From contig JAXLQJ010000021.1 of assembly GCA_046331705.1 (NCBI GenBank), positions 1 to 64,000 on the forward strand: a DNA stretch of 64,000 nt. Reading direction: 5' to 3'. This stretch comes from a bacterium (GTDB lineage: Bacteria; JADJOY01). The position numbers and the translations under genes are program-made. Below the pieces are notes generated by a model. The model was given only the letters and a program-made list of their open reading frames with translations. It had not been told where the DNA came from and did not search any database. This document shows positions 27,897 to 39,493 of the stretch, piece by piece. Position 1 is the first letter of the stretch, and every line of letters begins with the position of its first letter.

Positions 27897-29429
27897 TCAG
27901 GGCTTGGTGGGATAGGTGGCGCGCAGCTCGTCGATGGCGATCTGGCGCACGTCGCGAAGCTCTTCGATCTCGTGGACCTGTGGGTTGTCGCGCTTCAGGA
28001 ATCCCAGGTTGATCTCGCCGCCGGTGAGCAGGAACGCGGGCAGCGCCACGCGGTAGCGCGCCTGGGGGTCGATCGCCTCGTCGCCGACGAGCCAGCCGCG
28101 CTCGTCATGGCGAACGCCCCAGGTGTGCAGGTAGCCGCCCAACCCTTGGTTGTGATCGCCGGCGTCGAGAACCCGAGCGAGCAGCTCGCCCTCGAAGACC
28201 GCCTTCACCACGCGCCCGCCGAACGGCAGGATGCGGATCACGTCGTACTCGGTGATCGGCCCCGCGGGGACCACGTCGTCGATGCGAACCGAGCCGCCGT
28301 TGAGCAACGCCACGTCGGCGTCCTTCGCTTCCCGCGCCATCCCCGCCACCAGGATCTGGGTGAGGCGACCGGGAGCGTTGCGAACCGTGGACTCGCGACC
28401 GTCGAGCGGCTCGGTGGTCGTGGTCACCACGGACTCGGGCGAGAAGCCGTCCTTGCGAAACGCCTCGAACGCCGTCGCCGTCCACTTCTTCACGACCTCC
28501 TCGACCGCTGGCGCGGACGGCACGGCATCGTCGATCACGCGCAACCGCGACGAGACCTCGGGGCGGGTGCCCGGCGCGCCGATCTCGAGCGTGACCACGG
28601 CCAGCGTGCGCACGTTCGCGTCCGCCTTGATGATCGGCACGAGACGCGGGCCGCGGCGCAGCTCCCAGTTCTCGTGCTCGTGCCCGCCGAGCACGACGTC
28701 GATCTCGGGCACCTTCGTCACCAGCTCGGTGTCGCCCGCGAGCGAGAGGTGCGTGAGCGCGACGATCGCATCGACCTGGCCCGCGAGGCGATCGACCTCC
28801 GCACGCGCCGCCAGGATCGGGTCGCGGTAGCGCACCCACTCGTTCTTGGTCGCGGGGATCGTCACGCCGACGAGCCCGAGCCTCACCGTTCGGCCACCCG
28901 CCTCGACCGGCACCACCGCCGACGTGGGCACTCCCGCGAAAGGCTCACCCTTCACGTCCGTGACGTTGCTCGAGACCAGCCGGAACTTGGACTCGGCGAG
29001 GCGCGCGCGAAACGCGGCTTCGGACACGTCGAACTCGTGATTGCCGAAGGTCGCCCAGTCCAGTCCGCTCGCGTTCAGCACCTCGACCATCTGTCGGCCC
29101 GCGAGCGGCTTGCCGTCGATGCGCGCGGTGCCGAGCGCGGAGGGCGACAGATAGTCGCCGCCGAGCGTGGTGAGCACCGGCGGCTGCGCGCGGCGGAGCT
29201 CGGCGAACACCGTCGCCACCCGCGCCAGGCCGCCGTACTTGCCGCCCTCCACGGCGCCGATCTCGTAGATGTCGTTGAGATGGACCAACGTCACTCGGAC
29301 CGGCTTCGTTGCGCCGTCCGGCTGCGCGAGCGCCTGCCCCGCGACGGCGAGCACGCACGTCGCGACCACGCAGAGCGCGCGGCGCACGAGCGCGGGAAGC
29401 GGGCGACGCCGTGCCATCGAGAGGCTCAT
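27897..29429 (-). CDS. Bifunctional metallophosphatase/5'-nucleotidase, exported
   Basis: Signal peptide (QALA); HLNDIY, GGDYLSPS, GNHEFD, GGHEH and NGGSVR motifs. Confidence 0.92.
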   Translation of the reverse strand: MSLSMARRRPLPALVRRALCVVATCVLAVAGQALAQPDGATKPVRVTLVHLNDIYEIGAVEGGKYGGLARVATVFAELRRAQPPVLTTLGGDYLSPSALGTARIDGKPLAGRQMVEVLNASGLDWATFGNHEFDVSEAAFRARLAESKFRLVSSNVTDVKGEPFAGVPTSAVVPVEAGGRTVRLGLVGVTIPATKNEWVRYRDPILAARAEVDRLAGQVDAIVALTHLSLAGDTELVTKVPEIDVVLGGHEHENWELRRGPRLVPIIKADANVRTLAVVTLEIGAPGTRPEVSSRLRVIDDAVPSAPAVEEVVKKWTATAFEAFRKDGFSPESVVTTTTEPLDGRESTVRNAPGRLTQILVAGMAREAKDADVALLNGGSVRIDDVVPAGPITEYDVIRILPFGGRVVKAVFEGELLARVLDAGDHNQGLGGYLHTWGVRHDERGWLVGDEAIDPQARYRVALPAFLLTGGEINLGFLKRDNPQVHEIEELRDVRQIAIDELRATYPTKP

Positions 29430-30001
29430 TCGCGTCTCCCGCGCGAGAGGTAGCGGGCCTCGCGGGTGTCGACCTTCACCACCTCGCCGCTCTCGAGGTA
29501 GGCCGGCACCTGGATCACGATCCCGGTCGAGAGCTTCGCGGGCTTGGTCTGTGCTTGCGCGCTCGCGCCCTTCACCACCGGCGCGGTCTCCACGATCTCG
29601 AGCTCGACGGTGTTGGGCAGCTCGATCGAGATCACCTCGTCGTTGAAGAGCACCGAGCGGATGTCGCCGAGCCCGTCGGTGAGGTAACCGGTCACGTCGC
29701 CCAGGTCCTCCGCGCTCAGCGCGAACTGGTCGTACGACTGGGCATCCATGAAGTGGTAGCCGTCGCGGTCCTGATAGAGGAACTGCACGGGGCGCAGCTC
29801 CACGTTCGGCTCCTCGACCTTGTCGCCGCCCCGGAAGGTCTTGTCGAAGACCTGCCCGGTCCTCAGGTTGCGCACCTTCACCTTGGTGAGCGAGCTGGCG
29901 CCGCGTGCGGAAGGTGGCTGCACGTGGACGTCGACGATGACGAAAGGCTCGCCGTCGAGCTGGACGCGAACGCCGCGCTTGAAATCGCTGGTGGAGATCA
30001 T
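29426..30001 (-). CDS. efpL: Elongation factor P-like protein (EfpL/YeiP type)
   Basis: EF-P fold motifs (KVRNLRTG, FMD..YDQ, TKPAKLSTG...VDTR) with loop PSARG instead of KPGKG. Confidence 0.85.
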   Translation of the reverse strand: MISTSDFKRGVRVQLDGEPFVIVDVHVQPPSARGASSLTKVKVRNLRTGQVFDKTFRGGDKVEEPNVELRPVQFLYQDRDGYHFMDAQSYDQFALSAEDLGDVTGYLTDGLGDIRSVLFNDEVISIELPNTVELEIVETAPVVKGASAQAQTKPAKLSTGIVIQVPAYLESGEVVKVDTREARYLSRGRRE

Positions 30002-30296
30002 CGTGTCACCGACTCCTCGAGTGGAGAGGCCGAGCGCCCGCTCGGCGTGAGAGCGCCAAGCATGGACCGCAGGGCGCGCGCGGCGTCAACAGCGCCGCGC
30101 GGACGCCGAGCCTGCGAGCGGCGCGGCGCGGTTGCTCCGAGCGAGGGCACCTCCGTATCATCGAAGGTACCGAACAAGCAGCGGACGCGATCACCCCGGG
30201 GCGGGCGGGCTCGGGTGTCGCATTCGCTTATTCAACGGCTCGCACGAGCCGGTCCGCCGGGTGGGCGGACCTCGAGCTTCAGGGAGGGGATTGCTC

Positions 30297-31922
<1,626 letters not shown>

Positions 31923-31945
31923 CGCACGCGCGCGGCGGGCACACC

Positions 31946-31988
31946 ACGGCCGGCGGCCTTCGGGCCGCCGGCCGTTTCTTTTTCTTTT
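31946..31988 (+). terminator. Rho-independent terminator
   Basis: 13-bp stem ACGGCCGGCGGCC / GGCCGCCGGCCGT, cUUCGg loop, followed by TTCTTTTTCTTTT. Confidence 0.9.
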
Positions 31989-32028
31989 CGGGACACGCGC
32001 AACGCGGTCGACGTTCGCCGCTCGGGGA

Positions 32029-33171
32029 TCAGCCGAAGAGGAACGCAGCGGCTCGGCGCCAGGTGTCCTCGAACGATGCGGCGGTGAAGCGCGTGCCGCT
32101 CGACAGCCAATCGTGGTGGATCGGGCTCAGCCGCTCGCCGTCGAAGTGTCCGAGGACGTCGAGATGATCGGCCCAGACCGCCGCGATGACCTTGCCCCAC
32201 GGCTGCGAGAGCGTCGGCACGACACCGTCGTTGTCGCTCGGCCGGGGGAGGCCGCCGAAGCCCACCCTGAGCGCCGCGAGCTGGGCCGTGTCGAAGCTCT
32301 CGGGCGAGACGTCCGCCGCCCGTGCGGTGACTCGGTGGAGCGCCACGAACACTGCGTGCGACGCGAGTGCCGTCGGGCTCGGCCCCACGCGCAAGGCGGT
32401 GCCCACTCCGGGGGCTCGCGCGCGACAGACGATCGATCCGTAGCGAACACCCGGGCGAGCCGTGATTGCCGCATTGAGGAGATCGATGCCCTCCGGCGTG
32501 AGCTGCGTGACGAGCGCATTCTCGGAGGCCACTTGCCGCAGGAACGCCACGATCTCGCGGCGGCGCTCCGCCGAGAACCCGCGCAGCACTTGCTCCTCGA
32601 GGGCGTGGAAGATCCCGCCGGCGAGCCCCAGCTCGCGGTCGACGCGTCGGGCGACCCGCGCGAGCGTCGCCAGCGTCCACACCGGCAGCGGCCCCGCGCC
32701 GAGCACCGCGATCGTCGCCAGCGAGAGCGCGCTCAAGAGCTCGCGACCGAAGAGCGTGCGGAAGAATGCCGCTGCCGGGGTCCCGCGATGCGGCGTCGCG
32801 ACGGTGAGGACCGTGCGCACCCGCCCAGCCCAGCGCTCGACATCGTTCCCATCCGGCGCATCGGGTCCTCGAGCGAGGGACACGCCGGGGCTCACGAGCA
32901 AGCGCGCGTCCAGCCCGCCGGTGGAATGGCCGACGAGATGGATCGGCCCGTCCTCCGACGCGTGCTCGACGATCGCGTCGAGCAGTGCTCGAGCGCGTGC
33001 CCGGATCGACGCGGTGGGCGGCACCGCCACGTCGCGGATCACGAGCCGGACGCCCGCGCGCTCGGCGTCGCGCGCCAGCGCACGCCGCACGTGCGCGAAG
33101 TAATCCAGCTCGCCGAGGTTGGTGAACCCGAAGAATCCGGGAATCAGGAACGCGTGGTGAAGCTCGGCCAT
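32029..33171 (-). CDS. Lipase/esterase (alpha/beta hydrolase)
   Basis: LIPGFFGF, GHSTGGLDAR, TPHRGTP, NDGVVP and DHLDVLGH motifs. Confidence 0.88.
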   Translation of the reverse strand: MAELHHAFLIPGFFGFTNLGELDYFAHVRRALARDAERAGVRLVIRDVAVPPTASIRARARALLDAIVEHASEDGPIHLVGHSTGGLDARLLVSPGVSLARGPDAPDGNDVERWAGRVRTVLTVATPHRGTPAAAFFRTLFGRELLSALSLATIAVLGAGPLPVWTLATLARVARRVDRELGLAGGIFHALEEQVLRGFSAERRREIVAFLRQVASENALVTQLTPEGIDLLNAAITARPGVRYGSIVCRARAPGVGTALRVGPSPTALASHAVFVALHRVTARAADVSPESFDTAQLAALRVGFGGLPRPSDNDGVVPTLSQPWGKVIAAVWADHLDVLGHFDGERLSPIHHDWLSSGTRFTAASFEDTWRRAAAFLFG

Positions 33172-33245
33172 GGCCCTACCCCATCGCCACGCGCGCGGCG
33201 CGCGGCGGCCGCAGCCGCGGCGCGCTCAGCCGGATCGTCGCCGGC

Positions 33246-34268
33246 TCAGGCGAGGCTCGCCAGCGCGTCCATGAGCCCCGCTTCCTCGAGCGTCTTGCCG
33301 TAGATCACCTTCTCCACCGTCGAGACCATCATCTTGCGCCGGTCGGAGCGTCGGAACATCTCGAAATTGAGGAAGAAGCGGATGGGATTGGCGGGGGCTC
33401 GCACGGCCTTGAGCCAGGGGTTCTCGATCCACGCGTCCATGTACACGTCCACCGAGTCGTCGGGAGTGACGTTCGAGAGGTAGGCGCTCTGGCGACGCAC
33501 CACGGTGCGCAGGTCCAGCAGATGATGATCGAAGCGGATGCGGGTCTTGGTCGAGAGCAGCTCGCGCTCGGCGAGATCGAGGATCGTCGGATAGTTGGCG
33601 AAGTAGAGCAGCCCCACGCCGTTGAGATCGCGGTCCGGCAGCGGCTGGTAGCTGGTGTGCAAACGCTCGTCGTTGAGCGGGCTCATGATCTTCGGCGCGA
33701 CCTTGAACCGCCCGTTCTCGTGGGCGTTCATCATGAGCGTGTAGGAATCGAAGAAATCCTTGGCGCGGGGGATCTTCGCCATGCCGGGGTGCGCGGGTAC
33801 GCCCTTCTTGAGCCAGCTCGCGCCCTGGAACATGAGCACGAAGGTGTTGGAGGTGCGGACGTACGGGATGCCGAGCTTCACCGCCGCGGCGCCGTCCGGA
33901 AGGGCGACCTTCTTCTCCTCCGGCCACTCGTACGGATAGAGGAAGTGGTAGCCGTCGAGCATCGAGTTGTTGTCCCAGCTCTGCAGCGTGTTGACCAGGG
34001 TCAGCCGGTCGTTCTCGCCGAAGTGCGCCATCGGCGTCTTCTCGGGGAACACGACGTCGACGTAGAAGAACGTGGCGTAGAGGCGGTTGAGCTGGTCGTC
34101 CTTGACGTCCCGGCTGTCGACGCCGGTGAGCCGCGCCATGTGCAGCCAGCGGATGTCGCCCACGACCTTGAGCAACGGCGTCTCCGCCAGGTTGTTGCGG
34201 CCGGTGTGCGACATGCCGATCTCCAGATCGGCCCACATCGTCCCGGCTTCGTCGATTGGATGGTCCAC
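33246..34268 (-). CDS. Double-hotdog biosynthetic protein, LnmK/Pnap_2097-like
   Basis: GAGGAG RBS before GTG; IGMSH...LAETPLLKVVGDIRW, LYATF and DLNGVGLLYFANY motifs, recalled from these families. Confidence 0.7.
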   Translation of the reverse strand: MDHPIDEAGTMWADLEIGMSHTGRNNLAETPLLKVVGDIRWLHMARLTGVDSRDVKDDQLNRLYATFFYVDVVFPEKTPMAHFGENDRLTLVNTLQSWDNNSMLDGYHFLYPYEWPEEKKVALPDGAAAVKLGIPYVRTSNTFVLMFQGASWLKKGVPAHPGMAKIPRAKDFFDSYTLMMNAHENGRFKVAPKIMSPLNDERLHTSYQPLPDRDLNGVGLLYFANYPTILDLAERELLSTKTRIRFDHHLLDLRTVVRRQSAYLSNVTPDDSVDVYMDAWIENPWLKAVRAPANPIRFFLNFEMFRRSDRRKMMVSTVEKVIYGKTLEEAGLMDALASLA

Positions 34269-34521
34269 GGTTCGCTCTCCTCGCTCGCGGGCGACTCGCT
34301 TGGCGGACCGAGCTTAGCCCGAAATCCCCAGCCGTCTTCTACTGCGCCCGATGATTCCCCGCGAGACCGCGGGGGACTCGTTCACGGCGGCCCTCGCCGT
34401 ACGACCGGCGACTCGCCGGTCCCGCAACGGGCCCGTCCGAGGCATCCGGGCTTGGCAGGCGTTGGCGCGCCAGCGACGCCGCGCGATCGGTGCGGTGCGG
34501 CCGCTCGGACCGCGGCGCGCG

Positions 34522-36051
34522 TCAGGCGGGCAACGGCGCGCGGCGGCGAACGAGCGCCGGCACGCGCTCGCGCAGCCACTCGGCCACGTAATGGCGGTAA
34601 TGCTTCGTGTAGCGATGCAGGATCGCTTCCGAGCGGTGGTCCTTGGTGCGGTTGAGCCAGCGCAGGATGAGGTACGAGACCCGCGGGAACCACAGATTGG
34701 GCAGGAAGCGGTAGAGACGCCGATCGAGGATCGCGTCGACGGTGCTGGGCTTCAGGAACGGAAGCAGCACGAACAGTGTGTAGAACTTGCGCGCGCTGGC
34801 GCTCGGCAAGCTGCCGCCGGTGGCGATCGACTTCCCGCCCTCGCCGCGATGGAAGCGATCGCGCGTGGCGTCGTCGATGTGCCCCAGGCGGTGGGCCACG
34901 TCCACCATCTCGGTCTTCGGGTAGTACTTGAGCCAGTAGAACTTGAGGATGTCGGGACGCAGCTCGTTGTAGAAGCGCGCCATCTCGACGAGGTGCTCTT
35001 CGCGCTCGCCCGGCGTCGACACGATGTTCTCGGCGGCCACGGTGATGCCGTGCGATTTGAGGCAGCGGATGCCGCGTGCGATCTCCTCGTTGGTGTCCTT
35101 GCGAAGCATGATCTCGCGGCGCATCTCCTCGTTCACCGCCTGGACGCCGATGTCCACCTTCACGCAGCCGGCCTCGGCGAGCAGCGCGATGCGGCGCTCC
35201 TGCAGGAAGCCCGGATAGAGACAGGCCATGAACGGCAGGCCGATCTCGCGCTTGTAGCGGGACGCGAACTCCTCGAGCCACGAGTCCTTGAGGGCGAAGA
35301 TCTCGTCGTAGAAGTTGACCTCGGCCGGCTGATGGCGAGCGATCGCGTGGCGCAGCTCGGCCATCACGCTGTCCACCGAGCGCGTGCGGCTCCAGCTCTG
35401 GCCCTTGTACTCGCGGTGGTAGACGTTGTTGTTGCAGAACGTGCAGCGCAGCGGGCACCCGCGCGACGCCATCACGGTGTAGAGGTCACGGCTCGAGATC
35501 GAGGTGTCGCGGTAGAGGTCCTTGTCGGGAAACGGCAGGATGTCGAGATCGTCGATGAGCGGGCGCTTCTCGTTGATGCGGAGCGTCCCGCCGCGCTTGT
35601 AGCCGAGATTGCGCACGGCGGTGAAATCGCGGTCGTGCTCCAGGCAATCCAGAAGCTCGACGAAGGCGTCCTCACCCTCTCCCGTGACCACGAAGTCGCA
35701 GCACGGCTGCTCGAGCACCACGTCGGGAACGCTGGTGACGTGGATGCCGCCGACGACGATCGGTACGTGCGGAAGGCGCCGCTTGATCTCGGCGGCGCGG
35801 CTCAGGAACCACCAGTAGCGGTCGCTCACGAGCGAGAAGCACACGACCTCCGGATCGAGCGCGACGACGCGGTCGATCACCTGCCGCGCGCGATCGAAGA
35901 ACGGCGCCAGGAACGGCAGGTCGGTGAACTGGTCGTCGAAGAGGCAGGGATCGAAGGCGAGCGCGGTCGAGTGCCCCGCCTGTCGCGCCACCGCCGACAG
36001 GTACTCGATTCCCAGGTTCTCGAAGGCTGGGTAGACGAAGGCGACGCGCAT
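34522..36051 (-). CDS. Cobalamin-binding radical SAM protein (class B methyltransferase-like)
   Basis: LGIEYLSA, GGIHVT, GEGE and SRGCPLRCTFC motifs. Confidence 0.9.
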   Translation of the reverse strand: MRVAFVYPAFENLGIEYLSAVARQAGHSTALAFDPCLFDDQFTDLPFLAPFFDRARQVIDRVVALDPEVVCFSLVSDRYWWFLSRAAEIKRRLPHVPIVVGGIHVTSVPDVVLEQPCCDFVVTGEGEDAFVELLDCLEHDRDFTAVRNLGYKRGGTLRINEKRPLIDDLDILPFPDKDLYRDTSISSRDLYTVMASRGCPLRCTFCNNNVYHREYKGQSWSRTRSVDSVMAELRHAIARHQPAEVNFYDEIFALKDSWLEEFASRYKREIGLPFMACLYPGFLQERRIALLAEAGCVKVDIGVQAVNEEMRREIMLRKDTNEEIARGIRCLKSHGITVAAENIVSTPGEREEHLVEMARFYNELRPDILKFYWLKYYPKTEMVDVAHRLGHIDDATRDRFHRGEGGKSIATGGSLPSASARKFYTLFVLLPFLKPSTVDAILDRRLYRFLPNLWFPRVSYLILRWLNRTKDHRSEAILHRYTKHYRHYVAEWLRERVPALVRRRAPLPA

Positions 36052-36060
36052 CGTGGACCG

Positions 36061-37473
36061 TCAGGCGGGAAGCACGGGCTCGGCGACGCCCCGCTCCAGC
36101 GCATTGTAGCTGCAGAGCAGCGAGTACCCGTCCTCGGTCAAGTAGGCCTTGTCGCAATCCGAGGCTTCGCGGAAGTCGATCGTCTGGCGATCGAGTAGGG
36201 CCTCGACCACCACGAACGAAAGGTGCTTCGAATAAGGAGTTCGATCGATGCGGAAGAAGTTCCGCACCAGCGGCCAGAGCCGCGGGACCGCGCGCCAGTG
36301 ACGGGCCAGCGTCAGCGGATGAAGCAACCGATTGAGCGGCACCAGCGCATCGCCGTCGTGGTAGTAGGCCAGGTGCAAGAGGCACGAGCGCGGCTTGTAG
36401 TCGGGATTGCCGGTGACGCGGTGGATGAGCCGCAGCGCGCGCAGGAACCACAGGAAATCACGCTTGGCGATCTGGCCGTGGGTGGCGCGCTCGATCTCCT
36501 CGATCACGTCCACCACGCCGATCTTCGCCGGCGCGTCGGTGAGCTCGTTGCGCCCCTGGCGCGACGAGGGCAGCAGCGAGATGGTGAAGACCTGCGGCGT
36601 CGTGCGCGCGAACTCGAGCAGCTCGCCGATCTCGCGGTCGTTCTCGTCCTTCTCGATCATGCACGCCAGCAGCACCTTGAAGCCGAAGCGGATGCAGTTC
36701 TCGAGCGCGCGGCGCCGCACGTTCGACATCGGCCGGGCGCGCAGCTTCTCGAGCGTCGGCTCGCGCAGGCTGTCCCACTGCAGGTACACCCACTCCAGGC
36801 CGGCGTCCTTGAGCTCCTGGCAATAGCTCTCGTCGACGAGCCGGATGCCGTTGGTCTCGAGCTTCACGATGAAGCCCTCGCGGACCAGGGTCGCGAGGAA
36901 CGGCACCAAGTCCTTGCGCAGCGTGGGCTCGCCGCCGATCAGGTAGACGATGGGCTTGCGTCCCGGGATGGCCCGCAGGCTCTCGAGGAGCGCCGCCATG
37001 TCCGGCTCCCGGGTCGGCGCGTAGCGCGAGTCCGTGATGCAGTTCGGGCACGCCATGTTGCACGCGTCGGTGACGTCGATGAGCAGCGAGCGCAGCCCAC
37101 CGAAGTCCTCGAAGCGCGGCTTGCGGAGGCGGCCGTCGGCCGGCGGCTGGGTGAGGCTTCGCACCTCGCGCACGAAGCGTTGATCTCGCGAGAAGAAGAG
37201 ATCGAAGAGCCCGTGCTCGGGGCAGCGCTTGCGCATGTAGAGGTCGTCGCCCCGCACCACCAGCTCGGCGTCGAGCAACCGCTGGCAGTTGGGGCAGACG
37301 CTGCGGGTGCGCTCGGCGACGAGGTCGAACGGCCGCTCGGGCGCGCTCGCCGGCATCGGCGCGACGTCGAAGACCGTGCCGGGCTTGAACGAGAGCGACC
37401 GCGGCGCTCGGATCGCGGCGCCGTCGCGAGCCGGTCGTGTCGAGGAGAAGGCCGAGGACTGAGCGTTGGTCAC
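36061..37473 (-). CDS. Radical SAM protein of the MJ0619/Tes (tetraether synthase)-like group
   Basis: N-terminal TRSVCPNC...KRCPEHG metal site, CNMACPNC, GGEPT, YLQWD and C-terminal SDC...LLCSYN; start may be ATG 37356. Confidence 0.8.
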   Translation of the reverse strand: MTNAQSSAFSSTRPARDGAAIRAPRSLSFKPGTVFDVAPMPASAPERPFDLVAERTRSVCPNCQRLLDAELVVRGDDLYMRKRCPEHGLFDLFFSRDQRFVREVRSLTQPPADGRLRKPRFEDFGGLRSLLIDVTDACNMACPNCITDSRYAPTREPDMAALLESLRAIPGRKPIVYLIGGEPTLRKDLVPFLATLVREGFIVKLETNGIRLVDESYCQELKDAGLEWVYLQWDSLREPTLEKLRARPMSNVRRRALENCIRFGFKVLLACMIEKDENDREIGELLEFARTTPQVFTISLLPSSRQGRNELTDAPAKIGVVDVIEEIERATHGQIAKRDFLWFLRALRLIHRVTGNPDYKPRSCLLHLAYYHDGDALVPLNRLLHPLTLARHWRAVPRLWPLVRNFFRIDRTPYSKHLSFVVVEALLDRQTIDFREASDCDKAYLTEDGYSLLCSYNALERGVAEPVLPA

Positions 37474-37574
37474 GAAGCCACGCGCGCGCGAGCCGTCGGC
37501 CCGTCCAACGCGGGGGAACGCGGGCGGGGTGGAACGGATTGCCGAGAGCGACGCTAGGGTACGGCTCGCAAAAA

Positions 37575-39230
37575 TCAGGAGTCAAGGCGAGCGACGCGGT
37601 CCGCTCGCTCGTACACCGTGAAGGTCTGCCGCAGGTAGAGCAAGTCGCCGGGCAAGGGCGCCCCGGCACGGCCGCCCGAGCACAACGGATGCCACAGCGG
37701 CCCGATCCTGGCCACGGCGCGATACGCGTTGCCGTGGACGAGCTCGTCCACGAAGCGCGTGGCGGTCGGGCCGCTCACGCCCGAGGCCGTCGCGTCGCTG
37801 AGGGCGATGAAGTCGAGCCCGCGCGCGAGATAGCCCGAGGCATCGAAGTTCTCGCGCAGCATCAGCTCCTCGATCCGCAGCACGCCGCGCGCCGGGCTGT
37901 CGGCGAACCGCGGCACGTACGTCCAGTCCCCGTAGAACGAGGGGGTGATCCCGACGCGGGCACCTTCCGGGGCGTGCTGGGCGATCCAGCGGCCGGTGCG
38001 GTAGCGCGCATCGTCCGCGAAGTGCATCTCGACGACGTACGCGAGCGAGGCCTGCAACGCCGCGGCGGCCACCGCTGCGTACGCGACAGGGCGCAGCCAC
38101 GCGGCGGCCCGCCGCGCGCCCAGACCGGAGGACGCGCGCTCGATCGCTTCGTCGAGGGCGCCGCCGGCGAGAACCGCGAACTCCGGCGCCAGGAACAGCA
38201 CGTAGCGCAGCATCTGCCCTTCCAGCATCCCGAGCAGCACCGCGCCCGCGGCGAGCGCCGCCACCACGATCCAGCGCGCTGCCGGCGTGCGGCGCGCGAC
38301 CGTGAGCACCGCGCCGCCGTACGCGGACACGGTGGCGAGCGTGCCGAACGCGAACAGGGCCGTGCCTCCCAGGAGCGCCGTCGGCGCGTGGTAATGCGTC
38401 GAGCCGTGCATCAACGCGGCGCGCTCGCGGCCCTCGAGGAACGTGTCCCAGAAGAGGAAGGTCTCGACGCTGCCCAGCAGGTAGCCGAGCACCGTCGCGC
38501 CGGCGATCGCCAGCCCGATCGTCGCCACGCCGGTGAGGTAGCGGCGATCCACGCTTCCGCGCCATTGCGCGATCGCCACCGCCAGCGCCAGCGGCACCAG
38601 CGCCAGCACACCCCAGATCATCGTGGCGATGGCGAGCCCCGCCGCCAGCCCGCCGGCGACCGACCATGCGAGCACCCGGGGCGAGTGACGGGTGGCGACG
38701 GTGGCGGCACACGCGAGCGCGACGCACGAGAGACCGACCTGGATCACGTCCGGCCGGGCGTAATGGGACTCGAGGACGTGCGCGGGAAACGCCAAGAACA
38801 GGAACGCCGCGAGCAATCCGGCGCGCCGTCCGTAGAGCAGTCGCGCGGTGCGATGAATCGCCAGCGCCGACAGCACGCCGACCAAGGCGCTGACGAGGCG
38901 CAGGCCCGCGACGGTGGCGTGGGTCGCCGCGAACGAGTCGCCCGGATGCAGCCCGTCGCCCAACGCGCGCACCACCCACGCGACCCGAAAATAGAAGGCG
39001 CCGCCCCAGGTGAAAGTGATGGCATCCGGGGCCGTGTAGAGCGAGCCACCCTCCTCGTACGGCACCAGCTCGTCGGGATGGAAAGGCGGCTCGCCGGGAA
39101 CCCGCGCCGACGGCAACCCCCAGCCGATGCCGAGCATGCGCAGCAAGAGCCCCACGAGCAGCACCGCCGCCAGGGCACGCGTGTGGCTGCGTTCGGGCGT
39201 GGGCGATGGCGTCGGCGGCGCGCGGAGCAT
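37575..39230 (-). CDS. ArnT/PMT-like (GT-C) membrane glycosyltransferase
   Basis: LLLRMLGIGWGLP...HPDE loop, HVLESHYARPD, RYVLFLAP and multiple TMs; start reassigned to ATG 39230. Confidence 0.82.
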   Translation of the reverse strand: MLRAPPTPSPTPERSHTRALAAVLLVGLLLRMLGIGWGLPSARVPGEPPFHPDELVPYEEGGSLYTAPDAITFTWGGAFYFRVAWVVRALGDGLHPGDSFAATHATVAGLRLVSALVGVLSALAIHRTARLLYGRRAGLLAAFLFLAFPAHVLESHYARPDVIQVGLSCVALACAATVATRHSPRVLAWSVAGGLAAGLAIATMIWGVLALVPLALAVAIAQWRGSVDRRYLTGVATIGLAIAGATVLGYLLGSVETFLFWDTFLEGRERAALMHGSTHYHAPTALLGGTALFAFGTLATVSAYGGAVLTVARRTPAARWIVVAALAAGAVLLGMLEGQMLRYVLFLAPEFAVLAGGALDEAIERASSGLGARRAAAWLRPVAYAAVAAAALQASLAYVVEMHFADDARYRTGRWIAQHAPEGARVGITPSFYGDWTYVPRFADSPARGVLRIEELMLRENFDASGYLARGLDFIALSDATASGVSGPTATRFVDELVHGNAYRAVARIGPLWHPLCSGGRAGAPLPGDLLYLRQTFTVYERADRVARLDS

Positions 39231-39493
39231 GTGCGGGCGACCCGGGCCGTGAGCACGCGGCGGCCGGGCCACCGGATCGCGACGGGTTCCCAGGTTTACG
39301 GCGCAGCTCCCCGGCGACGCAAGCGCGGCACGTGCGCCTCGGCCAGCGTCACGGGGCGGCATCCGGACGGAAGCCATCGAGCATTTCGCGGGTTTTTCCG
39401 ACTGCCGTTGGGGGTGCCCCCGTCGTACCATGCGGGGCTGACTGCTTCCTCGACGCGATCTCGACGTGGGCACGAGTGCGGGGCGCCAACGCG

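Noticed and set aside
39286-39295. GTTCCCAGGT resembling the UAS of the sigma54 locus
   Set aside because: Single half-site with no 20-bp partner and no -24/-12 element nearby.
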